From the NCBI RefSeq assembly GCF_000621645.1, contig NZ_JHXR01000003.1, forward strand, positions 300,001-332,000: 32,000 bases of DNA, read 5' to 3'. The notes under the pieces are model-generated. The model worked only from the letters and a program-made list of their open reading frames with translations. It was not told the origin of the DNA and searched no databases. The position numbers and the translations under genes were made by a program. The stretch comes from Vibrio cholerae ATCC 14035 (GTDB taxonomy: Bacteria; Pseudomonadota; Gammaproteobacteria; Enterobacterales; Vibrionaceae). The stretch's first letter is position 1; the number at the start of each line of letters is the position of its first letter. Shown in pieces: positions 1 to 8,395 of the stretch.

Positions 1-122
1 TCTCGCTTAGCCAGTTGAGCTTCGGTGACTTGGTGGGCTTTTTTGAGTTCAACCGTATCATGGGTGATGGTTTTGACATCGCCCATCATTTGTTGAAACA
101 GTTCTAAATCCTCTTGCGACAT
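1..122 (-). CDS. 5' end (about 40 codons) of an Smr-domain / SmrB-like protein; continues off the left edge
   Basis: The reverse complement of 122..1 starts at ATG and reads MSQEDLELFQQMMGDVKTITHDTVELKKAHQVTEAQLAKR with no stop. The pattern ED..LF.Q.M......I..DT resembles the E. coli SmrB N-terminus as I recall it. It is absent from the ORF track because no stop lies in the window. Confidence 0.45.
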   Translation of the reverse strand, partial: MSQEDLELFQQMMGDVKTITHDTVELKKAHQVTEAQLAKR

Positions 123-231
123 AACGGCACATCAAAGTTATTTCACATGGTGCTGATTATATACTTCTCATTTAGCAAGTTGCACGGAGTTGTGCGTGGA
201 AGGGGAGTGATGTTGAGGATAAATGCACAAT

Positions 232-264
232 AAAAAACCGGAGCAGACACGCAGTCGGCTCCGG
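232..264 (-). terminator. Rho-independent terminator of the 46-aa micro-protein gene
   Basis: On the minus strand, a CCGGAGC...GCTCCGG stem (258-264 / 238-244) is followed by TTTTTT (complement of 232-237), about 40 nt after the stop at 304. Confidence 0.7.
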
Positions 265-303
265 TGCATAGCGTTTTTCTATCTTTCAATAGAGGCTAGC
301 GAT

Positions 304-444
304 CTAGTGAGGAGATTTGTCCGTCATCACTTTGTAGATGAAGAAACCGCCATAGAACAGCATAAGACCTAAAGCGCCCAAGATGACTATCATTGAAGAG
401 AGTCCAACTGCATTACCAAAAAGAAGATCGAGCCAGAAGTCCAT
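304..444 (-). CDS. 46-aa single-pass membrane micro-protein (DUF3149-like)
   Basis: Minus-strand ATG at 444 is preceded by GGAGGAAAC (strong SD). It translates to MDFWLDLLFGNAVGLSSMIVILGALGLMLFYGGFFIYKVMTDKSPH*, with one hydrophobic helix, and a terminator follows. It is below the ORF-track size cutoff. The family name is from memory. Confidence 0.6.
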   Translation of the reverse strand: MDFWLDLLFGNAVGLSSMIVILGALGLMLFYGGFFIYKVMTDKSPH

Positions 445-673
445 GTTTCCTCCAAAGTGTTGAAGACGAGTTAACGTTAAATTCTGGCTATATTTGCAGC
501 ACTGATCTGGATCAATTGTGTTGCATAGGTTGCTTATATGTTTCTAATGTTGAGTTATGAGTCACATTTTTTACGTGCTTTGCTGCTGTTTTGACCGAAC
601 GAGAGAAACTCAACAGAAAGTCTGGCTTCAGGGCTTGCGCTTCAAGAAAGAACGAGTAACATACGCAGCGTTT

Positions 674-750
<77 letters not shown>

Positions 751-756
751 TATTTA

Positions 757-787
757 AGGCCTCAGCATTTATGCTGGGGCCTTTTTG
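757..787 (+). terminator. Rho-independent terminator after tRNA-Pro
   Basis: AGGCCTCAGCA / TGCTGGGGCCT hairpin followed by TTTTT, immediately 3' of the tRNA. Confidence 0.7.
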
Positions 788-924
788 CTTTATCAACATC
801 TCACTTGAAGCCTCAGCGTTGTCGGCACTCGCTTCCCATCACATGATCTGTCGATACTTGTTTGGATAAGTTCATCTGCCGCCGACCCATAATGCCAAAT
901 CATTTGTTCTACCGAATAGCTGAT

Positions 925-1791
925 TTATAAAAATGAGCAGCTTGCCGTTTGGCTTTGGTTAAGCTGCTGGATGCTAAAGCCTTTTTGCTCAAGAATACTG
1001 AGCAAGCTCTGCTTGCCAATTAAATGCAAAGTGCCGACGACGACCAGATAAGGTTTGCCTTGTTGTGGTAAGAATTGAGGGTGAGTGAGCTTCTCTGCCC
1101 AATCCCGATTACGCTCAGTGAGCATGTGGGCTTCCAATTCAGCGGACATACCGGTGAGTGTGAGCATTTGTAGCAAATTCTTCTCATCTCCTTTTTTCCA
1201 GCTTTCAATCATGCACTCGGTGAGTTGGGTATTGTTTTCCCATTCATCGATCAAACTCACCAGTAATTCCTGCCCTGAGTTGGGTAAGTGCGCTAACAGA
1301 TCCACTTGAAATTGTAAGGTTTCTAGACTGAGTATAGGCAGTTGATGCTGCTCAGCTTGTTGCATGAAATAAAGGTCGATGCCTCGATCGGCTTGATACC
1401 CCATCTCTAAAAATTGGCGCATTTGCAGGATAAGGCTGGCTGACCATGGGGGCTGTTGGCGGATCTGCTGGGCATCCAACCTCAGTTGCTGCGCAATCCC
1501 ATCCAATACAAACAGTTGTTCATCGCTTAAAACCTGCTCACTACTCAACGTCGTTGCAGGCAAAGTGATGTTGGATTGGTGACGGATATCCGTCTCCACG
1601 ACTAAGCCTGCGCTTTGTTTTAGCTTTTGTGCGAGTTGGTCAGGCAATGGATAAAGCTGATCGCTGCCCACATGCAGAGAGCCTAAGAGGATGAGTTGTG
1701 TCGAACCTTTGGTTGCTGACCAGTACAAGGGTTCTGCGTGAAGAGGTTGGATAAATAGCCATAAAAGACAGCAAGCGAATCGTGTGAGCAT
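925..1791 (-). CDS. Secreted TraB/GumN (TIKI-superfamily) protein, 288 aa
   Basis: The ORF-track start at 1821 is a TTG. The ATG at 1791 gives MLTRFACCLLWLFIQPLHA/EP, a signal peptide. Both family GxxH motifs are present: GSLH (1672-1683) and GTLH (1024-1035), with the acidic VVETD between them. Confidence 0.8.
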   Translation of the reverse strand: MLTRFACCLLWLFIQPLHAEPLYWSATKGSTQLILLGSLHVGSDQLYPLPDQLAQKLKQSAGLVVETDIRHQSNITLPATTLSSEQVLSDEQLFVLDGIAQQLRLDAQQIRQQPPWSASLILQMRQFLEMGYQADRGIDLYFMQQAEQHQLPILSLETLQFQVDLLAHLPNSGQELLVSLIDEWENNTQLTECMIESWKKGDEKNLLQMLTLTGMSAELEAHMLTERNRDWAEKLTHPQFLPQQGKPYLVVVGTLHLIGKQSLLSILEQKGFSIQQLNQSQTASCSFL

Positions 1792-2237
1792 GGAATGCGT
1801 GAACTCCTTTAGGTTCGGCAAAAACGTTACTTTAGCAGTGAATTAACGGATTTGACGGAGCTTGAATCATGATAAAGCTCACATCTTGTTGATTTGTCCG
1901 AGCCAACTCACGATTTGTTGCCGCAATCTTGTGTGATGTCGATCGGCTTTCTTTGCGTAACGCGGATTGCTAAGTGTGATCTGGATTGGAAGAAATCTCG
2001 TCAAAAATGAAGTGTCGATTTTGACGTTGCTCCTATATTTTTGAAATTTAAGACTTTTATCTTGGTGTCAATTTGTAAAGTTTGAACATGATCACTTGGC
2101 TAAAGGATTAATTTTGCGCTTAGAAAAAAGTGCCGCTAAATATCCCTGAATTTTAGGTAAAGCCATTGGCTGATGTCGTTGTGAGATTGGGTGCAGGCAG
2201 AGCATCCCTCATCGTTAACTAATTTAGGGTCATTATT

Positions 2238-4889
2238 ATGCTGAAGAAGAGTCTTATCTCGATCGCGGTATTCACTTCATTAAGTGGCTGCGCACTCAAC
2301 ACTACGTCACCACAAGAGGTGGTAGACACATTAGCGAATAACTTGGATGTGCAATACCAAGTGGTCAACAATCACGGCGCGGATACTGGTTTGGCTTGTC
2401 AAACTCTAGAAGCTGAGTGGGCTTCTTGTAACCAAGTGAATATGACCTTGGTTAACCGTGGTGAGGCGGTCAATTCAAAAGATTGGGCTATTTACTTCCA
2501 CAGTATTCGCTTGATCCTCGATGTGGGGAATGACCAGTTCAAAATTACTCGCGTTACCGGCGACCTACATAAACTGGAACCTACCGATAAGTTTGATGGT
2601 TTTGCCGCAGGTGAAACGGTGACTTTGCCGCTGATTGGTGAATACTGGACGCTGTTTGAAACGGACTTTATGCCACGCGCTTTTGTCACCGCACCGGATG
2701 CCGAGCCAAAAGTCATTGCGGCTTTAAATACCGAGGACGTGGCAAGCTTTGTCAGCGGACTGGAGGGTGAAAACCTTAAGCGCACTCCGAGTGACAACAA
2801 TGTATTCGCTCAAGCGCTGTCTCGCTTTGAAAAGAACAGTGATGTTGCGCTGCAAGATGTGACACACGCACTCATCCCAACGCCACTGCAAGTGAAATCG
2901 CATAGCGGATCTGTCTCTATCGCTAAAGGTATCGCGCTGCCAAGCAAAGCGTTTGACGGTGAGCAAATGCAAGCGCTGAATGAGCGCGCACAACTGCTTG
3001 GCGTGAATCTGAAAGGGGTGATGCCGGCGCAAGTTATTATCAATCCTAAATCTTTTAAAGGTGACTTGGCTAAATCTGGTGCGTATCGCCTAGCGATTAC
3101 GGATAAAGCCGTTAAAGTGACTGCATTTGACCAAGCAGGAGCCTTCTATGCGATGCAATCGCTGCTGGGTTTAGTCGATATGGCCGATGCCACTCAACTG
3201 CCAAAGGTTGAAATCGTCGATGCTCCTCGTTTTGATTATCGCGGTGTGATGGTGGATGTAGCGCGTAACTTCCACTCTAAGCAAGCGATTCTGGCGACCT
3301 TGGATCAAATGGCGGCTTATAAAATGAATAAGCTGCATCTGCACCTGACTGATGACGAAGGCTGGCGTATTGAAATTCCGGGCTTACCTGAGCTGACGGA
3401 TATCGGCGCTCAACGCTGTTTTGACCCGAGTGAAACAGAATGCGTGTTGCCACAGCTTGGCTCTGGTCCAAACGCCGATAACTTTGGCTCTGGTTATTTC
3501 ACCAAGCAAGATTATTTAGAGATCCTGCAATACGCGAAAGCACGTCATATCGAAGTGATCCCTGAGATTGATATGCCAGCGCACGCTCGTGCGGCCGTGG
3601 TTTCAATGGAGGCGCGTTACCAACGTTTAATGCAAGAGGGCAATGAGGCGGCGGCCAATGAGTTCCGTTTGCTGGATCCGCAAGATACCTCTAACGTCAC
3701 CACAGTGCAGTTCTATGATCGCATGAGCTTTATCAATCCATGTTTGGACTCTTCCAAACGCTTTGTGGATAAAGTGATCTCTGAGATTGCGGCAATGCAT
3801 CAAGCGGCGGGTATGCCTCTGACGACATGGCACTTTGGTGGCGATGAAGCGAAAAACATCAAGCTTGGCGCAGGCTTCCAAGATGTGAATACCCAAGAGC
3901 CAGTAAGTTGGAAAGGCAACTTGGATCTGAGCAAGCAAGATAAGCCATTTGCGCGTTCGCCGCAGTGCCAAAACTTGATTGCAACAGGTGCGGTGAGTGA
4001 TTTCGGCCATTTACCAAGCTACTTTGCTGAGCAAGTGTCTAAGTTGGTTGCCGAGAAAGGGATTCCTAACTTCCAAGCATGGCAAGATGGCTTGAAATAC
4101 AGCGAAGGCGAAAAAGCGTTCGCAACCGAAAACACACGTGTGAACTTCTGGGATGTACTGTACTGGGGCGGCTCTGCTTCTGCGTACGAATGGGCTGAGA
4201 AAGGCTACGATGTGATCATCTCTAACCCTGACTACGTGTACATGGATATGCCTTACGAAGCTGACCCGAAAGAGCGTGGCTACTACTGGGCAACGCGTGC
4301 AACCGACACTCGTAAGATGTTTGGTTTTGCACCAGAAAACTTGCCACAAAACGCAGAAACCTCACTGGATCGTGATGGTAATGGCTTCAGCGGTAAAGGC
4401 GAAGTGAAAGGTAAGCCTTTCTATGGTCTGTCTGCGCAGCTGTGGTCTGAAACCGTACGTACTGATGAGCAGTATGAATACATGGTATTCCCTCGCGTTC
4501 TCGCCGCTGCTGAGCGCGCATGGCACCGTGCAGAGTGGGAAAACGCCTATAAAGTTGGCGTCGAATATTCGCAAGAGACTCAGTTGGTTAACCATAAAGC
4601 GCTGAACGCAGATTGGAATCGCTTTGCTAACGTATTAGGTCAACGTGAGCTGGCTAAACTTGAGAAAGCAGGCATTGATTACCGCCTCCCAGTTCCGGGA
4701 GCCAAGATCGAGAACGGTCATTTGGCCATGAACGTTCAGTTCCCAGGTGTCACACTGCAATACTCACTGGATGGTCAAACTTGGTTGGATTATGACGCGA
4801 AGCAAGCGCCAAAAGTGAGCGGAGAAGTTTGGATTCGCTCGGTGTCTGCCAGCGGTGAGCGCACTAGCCGAGTCACTTCACTGAAATAA
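2238..4889 (+). CDS. chb: Beta-N-acetylhexosaminidase / chitobiase, GH20, outer-membrane lipoprotein (883 aa)
   Basis: Lipobox LSGC at the N-terminus. GH20 catalytic signature HFGGDE (3831-3848). The length and the C-terminal beta-sandwich tail are typical of Vibrio/Serratia chitobiase. Confidence 0.93.
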   Translation: MLKKSLISIAVFTSLSGCALNTTSPQEVVDTLANNLDVQYQVVNNHGADTGLACQTLEAEWASCNQVNMTLVNRGEAVNSKDWAIYFHSIRLILDVGNDQFKITRVTGDLHKLEPTDKFDGFAAGETVTLPLIGEYWTLFETDFMPRAFVTAPDAEPKVIAALNTEDVASFVSGLEGENLKRTPSDNNVFAQALSRFEKNSDVALQDVTHALIPTPLQVKSHSGSVSIAKGIALPSKAFDGEQMQALNERAQLLGVNLKGVMPAQVIINPKSFKGDLAKSGAYRLAITDKAVKVTAFDQAGAFYAMQSLLGLVDMADATQLPKVEIVDAPRFDYRGVMVDVARNFHSKQAILATLDQMAAYKMNKLHLHLTDDEGWRIEIPGLPELTDIGAQRCFDPSETECVLPQLGSGPNADNFGSGYFTKQDYLEILQYAKARHIEVIPEIDMPAHARAAVVSMEARYQRLMQEGNEAAANEFRLLDPQDTSNVTTVQFYDRMSFINPCLDSSKRFVDKVISEIAAMHQAAGMPLTTWHFGGDEAKNIKLGAGFQDVNTQEPVSWKGNLDLSKQDKPFARSPQCQNLIATGAVSDFGHLPSYFAEQVSKLVAEKGIPNFQAWQDGLKYSEGEKAFATENTRVNFWDVLYWGGSASAYEWAEKGYDVIISNPDYVYMDMPYEADPKERGYYWATRATDTRKMFGFAPENLPQNAETSLDRDGNGFSGKGEVKGKPFYGLSAQLWSETVRTDEQYEYMVFPRVLAAAERAWHRAEWENAYKVGVEYSQETQLVNHKALNADWNRFANVLGQRELAKLEKAGIDYRLPVPGAKIENGHLAMNVQFPGVTLQYSLDGQTWLDYDAKQAPKVSGEVWIRSVSASGERTSRVTSLK

Positions 4890-4920
4890 TCGAACACTCA
4901 TTTCACTCAATGGATAATGA

Positions 4921-4950
4921 AAGCCTCCGCATGCGGAGGCTTTTCTTTTG
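4921..4950 (+). terminator. Rho-independent terminator of chb
   Basis: Perfect AGCCTCCG-CATG-CGGAGGCT hairpin followed by TTTTCTTTT, 30 nt after the chb stop. Confidence 0.8.
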
Positions 4951-5025
4951 TCTTTTTTCTAAAGAACAAGTTATGGGGCAGCGCTTTGTGTCTAGCCCTT
5001 CATTCTCTTCGATAAGAAGGATAGA

Positions 5026-5466
5026 TCAGTTCCCTTGATAAGAGCGGTATTCAAAGACTTGGCCGTGCTCATTAAAGGCATACACCGCATAACTGTCTTT
5101 CTTATCGCCATATTCCATACCCGGTGAACCCATAGGCATTCCGGGAACCGCGAGCCCTTTGGCATTTTTCGGTGGGTTAGCCAGAAAGTCTTTGATGTCT
5201 TGCGCTGGAATGTGACCTTCAAAGACATAACCGCCGATCTCTGCGGTATGGCAAGAAGCTAGCTTAGGTTTTACGCCCAGTTGTTGCTTAATGCTGTCCA
5301 TGTTGTCATGCAGCACTTCTTTTACCGTAAAACCATTCTCTTCCATGTGTTTGGTCCATTCGGTGCAACAACCACAATAAGGAGATTTGTGATTCACTAC
5401 CTGAGTAGCAAGCGCTTGTCCTGAAAATGTGGCCAATAGGGCGAGTGTCATCATTGTGCGTTTCAT
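5026..5466 (-). CDS. copG: Periplasmic copper-resistance protein CopG (DUF411), 146 aa
   Basis: Signal peptide MKRTMMTLALLATFSGQALA. CxCC motif CGCC (5365-5376). Met-rich GMPMGSPGME segment. GAGG lies 7 nt upstream of the ATG at 5466. An alternative ATG at 5478 overlaps the copA stop as ATGA. Placement immediately downstream of copA fits the V. cholerae VC2216 arrangement. Confidence 0.85.
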   Translation of the reverse strand: MKRTMMTLALLATFSGQALATQVVNHKSPYCGCCTEWTKHMEENGFTVKEVLHDNMDSIKQQLGVKPKLASCHTAEIGGYVFEGHIPAQDIKDFLANPPKNAKGLAVPGMPMGSPGMEYGDKKDSYAVYAFNEHGQVFEYRSYQGN

Positions 5467-5474
5467 GGTGTACC

Positions 5475-8195
5475 TCATTGAGAATGTTGATCGAAAGAAA
5501 TTTTGCTCCAGCGCAGGCGATTGGCATTGCTGACCACGGTGATCGAGGAGAGCGCCATCGCCGCTCCGGCGACAACTGGGCTGAGTAAAAATCCAAACGC
5601 TGGGTAAAGCACACCCGCTGCGATAGGAATGCCCAGCGTGTTGTAAATAAATGCGCCAAACAGGTTTTGCTTCATATTGCGCAGTGTGGCTTTTGACAGC
5701 TCAATCGCGCTCACCACACTGGTTGGTGATGAGTTCAAAAGGGTCATCTGTGCGCTCTCAATGGCTACATCACTGCCACTGCCCATGGCAATACCAATGT
5801 CAGCCAGCGCTAAAGCTGGGGCATCATTAATCCCATCGCCAATCATGGCGACTTTACGGCCTTGTTGTTGCAAAGCTTGAATGTGCTGCGCTTTTTGGTC
5901 GGGCAGCACTTGCGCTATCACTTGCGAGATACCGAGCTCTTTGGCAATCGCATTGGCAACCGAAGTGTGATCGCCAGTCAGCATCACGGTATGAATTCCA
6001 AGCTCATTGAGCTTACGTACCGCTTGCGCTGAGGTGGGCTTGATCGGGTCGGCAATCGCTAACACGCCTTGCAACATGCCACGATAAGCCACCGCCACCG
6101 GCGTCCACGCTTGTGCTGCAAATTTTTCTAGAGTCGATTCAGCCATCGACAAATCAATGCCTTGTTCTTGCATAAAAGCGAGAGAGCCAACCAGCACGGT
6201 TTGATTTTGGTAATCGGCTAAGAGTCCACGTCCACGTTGGTTAGTGAATTGGCTGATCTCTACTGGACTAATATTGCGTTGTTTCGCGTAATCACAGATC
6301 GCTTTAGCCAGTGGGTGTTCTGATTGCTGCTCAAGGGCGTATGCTAGAGCCAGTAATTGGTTTTCATCACCCTGCAACACATGCAGTGATTGAATACTCG
6401 GTTTGCCTAAGGTCAGCGTCCCCGTTTTATCAAACACCACGGTATCTACCTGACTTGCGGTCTGCAGTACGTTGGCATCGCGAATTAAAATCCCCATCTC
6501 TGCTGCTTTGCCGATACCTACGGTAATCGAGAGCGGAGTGGCAAGCCCCAAAGCACAAGGGCAGGCGATGATTAATACAGTGGTCGCAACGACCAACATG
6601 TAACTGGCTTTAGGATCGGGGCCATACAGATACCAAAGTGCGGCAGACAAGATGGCAATGACAACAACAACGGGCACGAAAACAGAGGAAATCTGATCGG
6701 CTAAACGAGCCATCGCCGGTTTACTGCTTTGCGCTTGTCTTACCATCTGGATAATCCGCGCCAGCATGGTTTGCGCACCAATGCCAGTAGCGGTGATCAC
6801 TAAGCTGCCATCTTGGTTCAATGTGCCCGCTGCGACTTTCGCGCCGGCTTCTTTGAGTACAGGAATGGGTTCGCCCGTGAGCATGGACTCATCCAGATAA
6901 GAGTGACCAGTACTGACCACACCATCGACAGGCACTTGCTCTCCGGGTTTGATGCGCAGTGACATACCCAGTTGAATATCAGCGACGGCGATGGATTGAT
7001 CGCCTTGTTCAGTCACCAACGTTGCTTGCTGTGGTTGTAAGTTAAGCAAGGCTTGCAGTGAGCGATTAGTATTGCTTTTGGCTTTGGTTTCAATGTAATG
7101 ACCCAATGAAATCAAACCAATGATCATTGCCGTTGCTTCGAAGTACACATGACGCGCTGCATCAGGGAACGTTTGCGGCCAAGCTACCACGAGCATGGAG
7201 TAAAACCAAGCAGCGCCAGTGCCCAGTGCGACTAGGGTGTCCATTGTCGCTCTGCCATGAGTCAGTGCTTGCCACGCATTCATAAAGAAGTGGCGTCCGG
7301 CGGTGAGTAGCAGTGCGAAACAGATGGTGCCGATTCCCCCCCAGACCATTTGATCACTACTATTGCGGATCATCATGTTGCCGCCAAACACGCCCCACAG
7401 CATTAAAGGCGTACCCAGAGCGATACCTAATAAAGCACTCTGTTTATGCTCTTTTTGTAAGGCTTCTAATTGCGCTTGTTGTTTGGCTTGCTGCTGTGCT
7501 GGGTCATCCAAGATCTCCGCTTGGTAGCCAGAACTTTGAATGGCGTTAAGCAGTGGTTGCGGATTGGCGAAAATGCCTCTCACCAAGGCACTTTGCTCTG
7601 TGAGGTTGACTTGTGCACTCTGCACTCCCTCAACAGAAAGCAGGGCTTTTTCCACCGATGCGACACAACTGGCGCAGGTCATCCCCTTAATAAGCAGAGA
7701 GAGTGTTTGGCTAGACGCCTCAGTGGCTTCTGTGTTCGAGGAGTTCTCAGCGTCAGGCGTGTCGGTTTCCTTCTCATCAATGGAGGCTGCTGGCGCGAAT
7801 GTTGATTCTTGTTCTGCTTCTATAGCCTGATAGCCCACTTCCGCCACTAGCGCTTTTACTTGCTCAGCGGTTAAGGTTGTAACCAGTGAAAGCCGCTCTT
7901 TACTGACGTGCAGTTTGGCAATCTCTGCCTGCGCGCTGAGGTGCGTGGTCAGTTTATTCACACAGCGACCACAATTTAAACCTTGTAGCTGATAAGTTTG
8001 CTCAGTACCGCCTTGATAACCCAGCGATTCAATACTGGTGAGCACCTCATTTAAGGTGGCATGGGTATGCAGTTCAATCGAGGTTGGCGTCAGCGTTTCG
8101 ATCTCAACGGTGAGATCTTGATTGAGTTGGCGCTCCAATTTTCGCGCACAGCCCATGCAGTTCAGGCCACGCAGCGCTAAAGCAAAATGGTTCAT
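5475..8195 (-). CDS. copA: Cu(I)-translocating P1B-type ATPase CopA (906 aa)
   Basis: Three N-terminal CxxC metal-binding modules (LNCMGC, LNCGRC, GMTCASC). Also the CPC transmembrane motif (IIACPCALG), DKTGT phosphorylation site and GDGINDAP hinge. The true start is the ATG at 8195, preceded by AAGGAGGAG; the track start at 8222 is a GTG inside the promoter. Confidence 0.95.
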   Translation of the reverse strand: MNHFALALRGLNCMGCARKLERQLNQDLTVEIETLTPTSIELHTHATLNEVLTSIESLGYQGGTEQTYQLQGLNCGRCVNKLTTHLSAQAEIAKLHVSKERLSLVTTLTAEQVKALVAEVGYQAIEAEQESTFAPAASIDEKETDTPDAENSSNTEATEASSQTLSLLIKGMTCASCVASVEKALLSVEGVQSAQVNLTEQSALVRGIFANPQPLLNAIQSSGYQAEILDDPAQQQAKQQAQLEALQKEHKQSALLGIALGTPLMLWGVFGGNMMIRNSSDQMVWGGIGTICFALLLTAGRHFFMNAWQALTHGRATMDTLVALGTGAAWFYSMLVVAWPQTFPDAARHVYFEATAMIIGLISLGHYIETKAKSNTNRSLQALLNLQPQQATLVTEQGDQSIAVADIQLGMSLRIKPGEQVPVDGVVSTGHSYLDESMLTGEPIPVLKEAGAKVAAGTLNQDGSLVITATGIGAQTMLARIIQMVRQAQSSKPAMARLADQISSVFVPVVVVIAILSAALWYLYGPDPKASYMLVVATTVLIIACPCALGLATPLSITVGIGKAAEMGILIRDANVLQTASQVDTVVFDKTGTLTLGKPSIQSLHVLQGDENQLLALAYALEQQSEHPLAKAICDYAKQRNISPVEISQFTNQRGRGLLADYQNQTVLVGSLAFMQEQGIDLSMAESTLEKFAAQAWTPVAVAYRGMLQGVLAIADPIKPTSAQAVRKLNELGIHTVMLTGDHTSVANAIAKELGISQVIAQVLPDQKAQHIQALQQQGRKVAMIGDGINDAPALALADIGIAMGSGSDVAIESAQMTLLNSSPTSVVSAIELSKATLRNMKQNLFGAFIYNTLGIPIAAGVLYPAFGFLLSPVVAGAAMALSSITVVSNANRLRWSKISFDQHSQ

Positions 8196-8223
8196 GATCA
8201 CTCCTCCTTGCGGAATGTCCACA

Positions 8224-8254
8224 AGGATAAACCTTAACCTTAAGGTAAGGTCAA
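8224..8254 (-). promoter_or_regulatory. copA promoter with MerR/CueR-type operator and 19-bp spacer
   Basis: The minus strand reads TTGACC (8254-8249), a 19-nt spacer, then TATCCT (8229-8224). The spacer carries the dyad ACCTTA-a-CCTTAAGG-TAAGGT (8231-8251), similar to the E. coli copA CueR box ACCTTCC-N7-GGAAGGT. The -10 lies about 29 nt from the copA ATG. Confidence 0.7.
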
Positions 8255-8395
8255 CCCTTACTTCTCGAACTCATTTTACTGAGAGTCAATTTGCCGAAAA
8301 TCGTGCGTAGCATCGCGTTAACTCGGGTGTTAGAATACCGCCCAAAATTTCGCATGCTGAGCTCTCAGCAAAAGAATCTCACAAAGGTAATTCAA

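Noticed and set aside
2492-4595. Multiple 60-130-aa antisense ORFs inside chb, with similar sets inside copA (5677-7830), gltX (8565-9770), viuA, vibF (16208-22791), flgT and flgA (26530-26965)
   Set aside because: These are shadow ORFs on the strand opposite long, well-supported genes. They have no RBS, and their Arg/Ser/Cys-rich translations have no recognisable motifs.
8196-8222. Upstream extensions of copA (8222), gltX (8291), vibF (15716), flgN (26014), the TraB-like gene (1821), flgO (24360) and copG (5478)
   Set aside because: For copA, gltX, vibF, flgN and the TraB-like gene the track start is a GTG or TTG. For flgO and copG it is an upstream ATG. In every case an ATG a few codons downstream has a better SD and/or gives the canonical family N-terminus or published protein length. 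The copA extension would also overlap its own -10 and operator.
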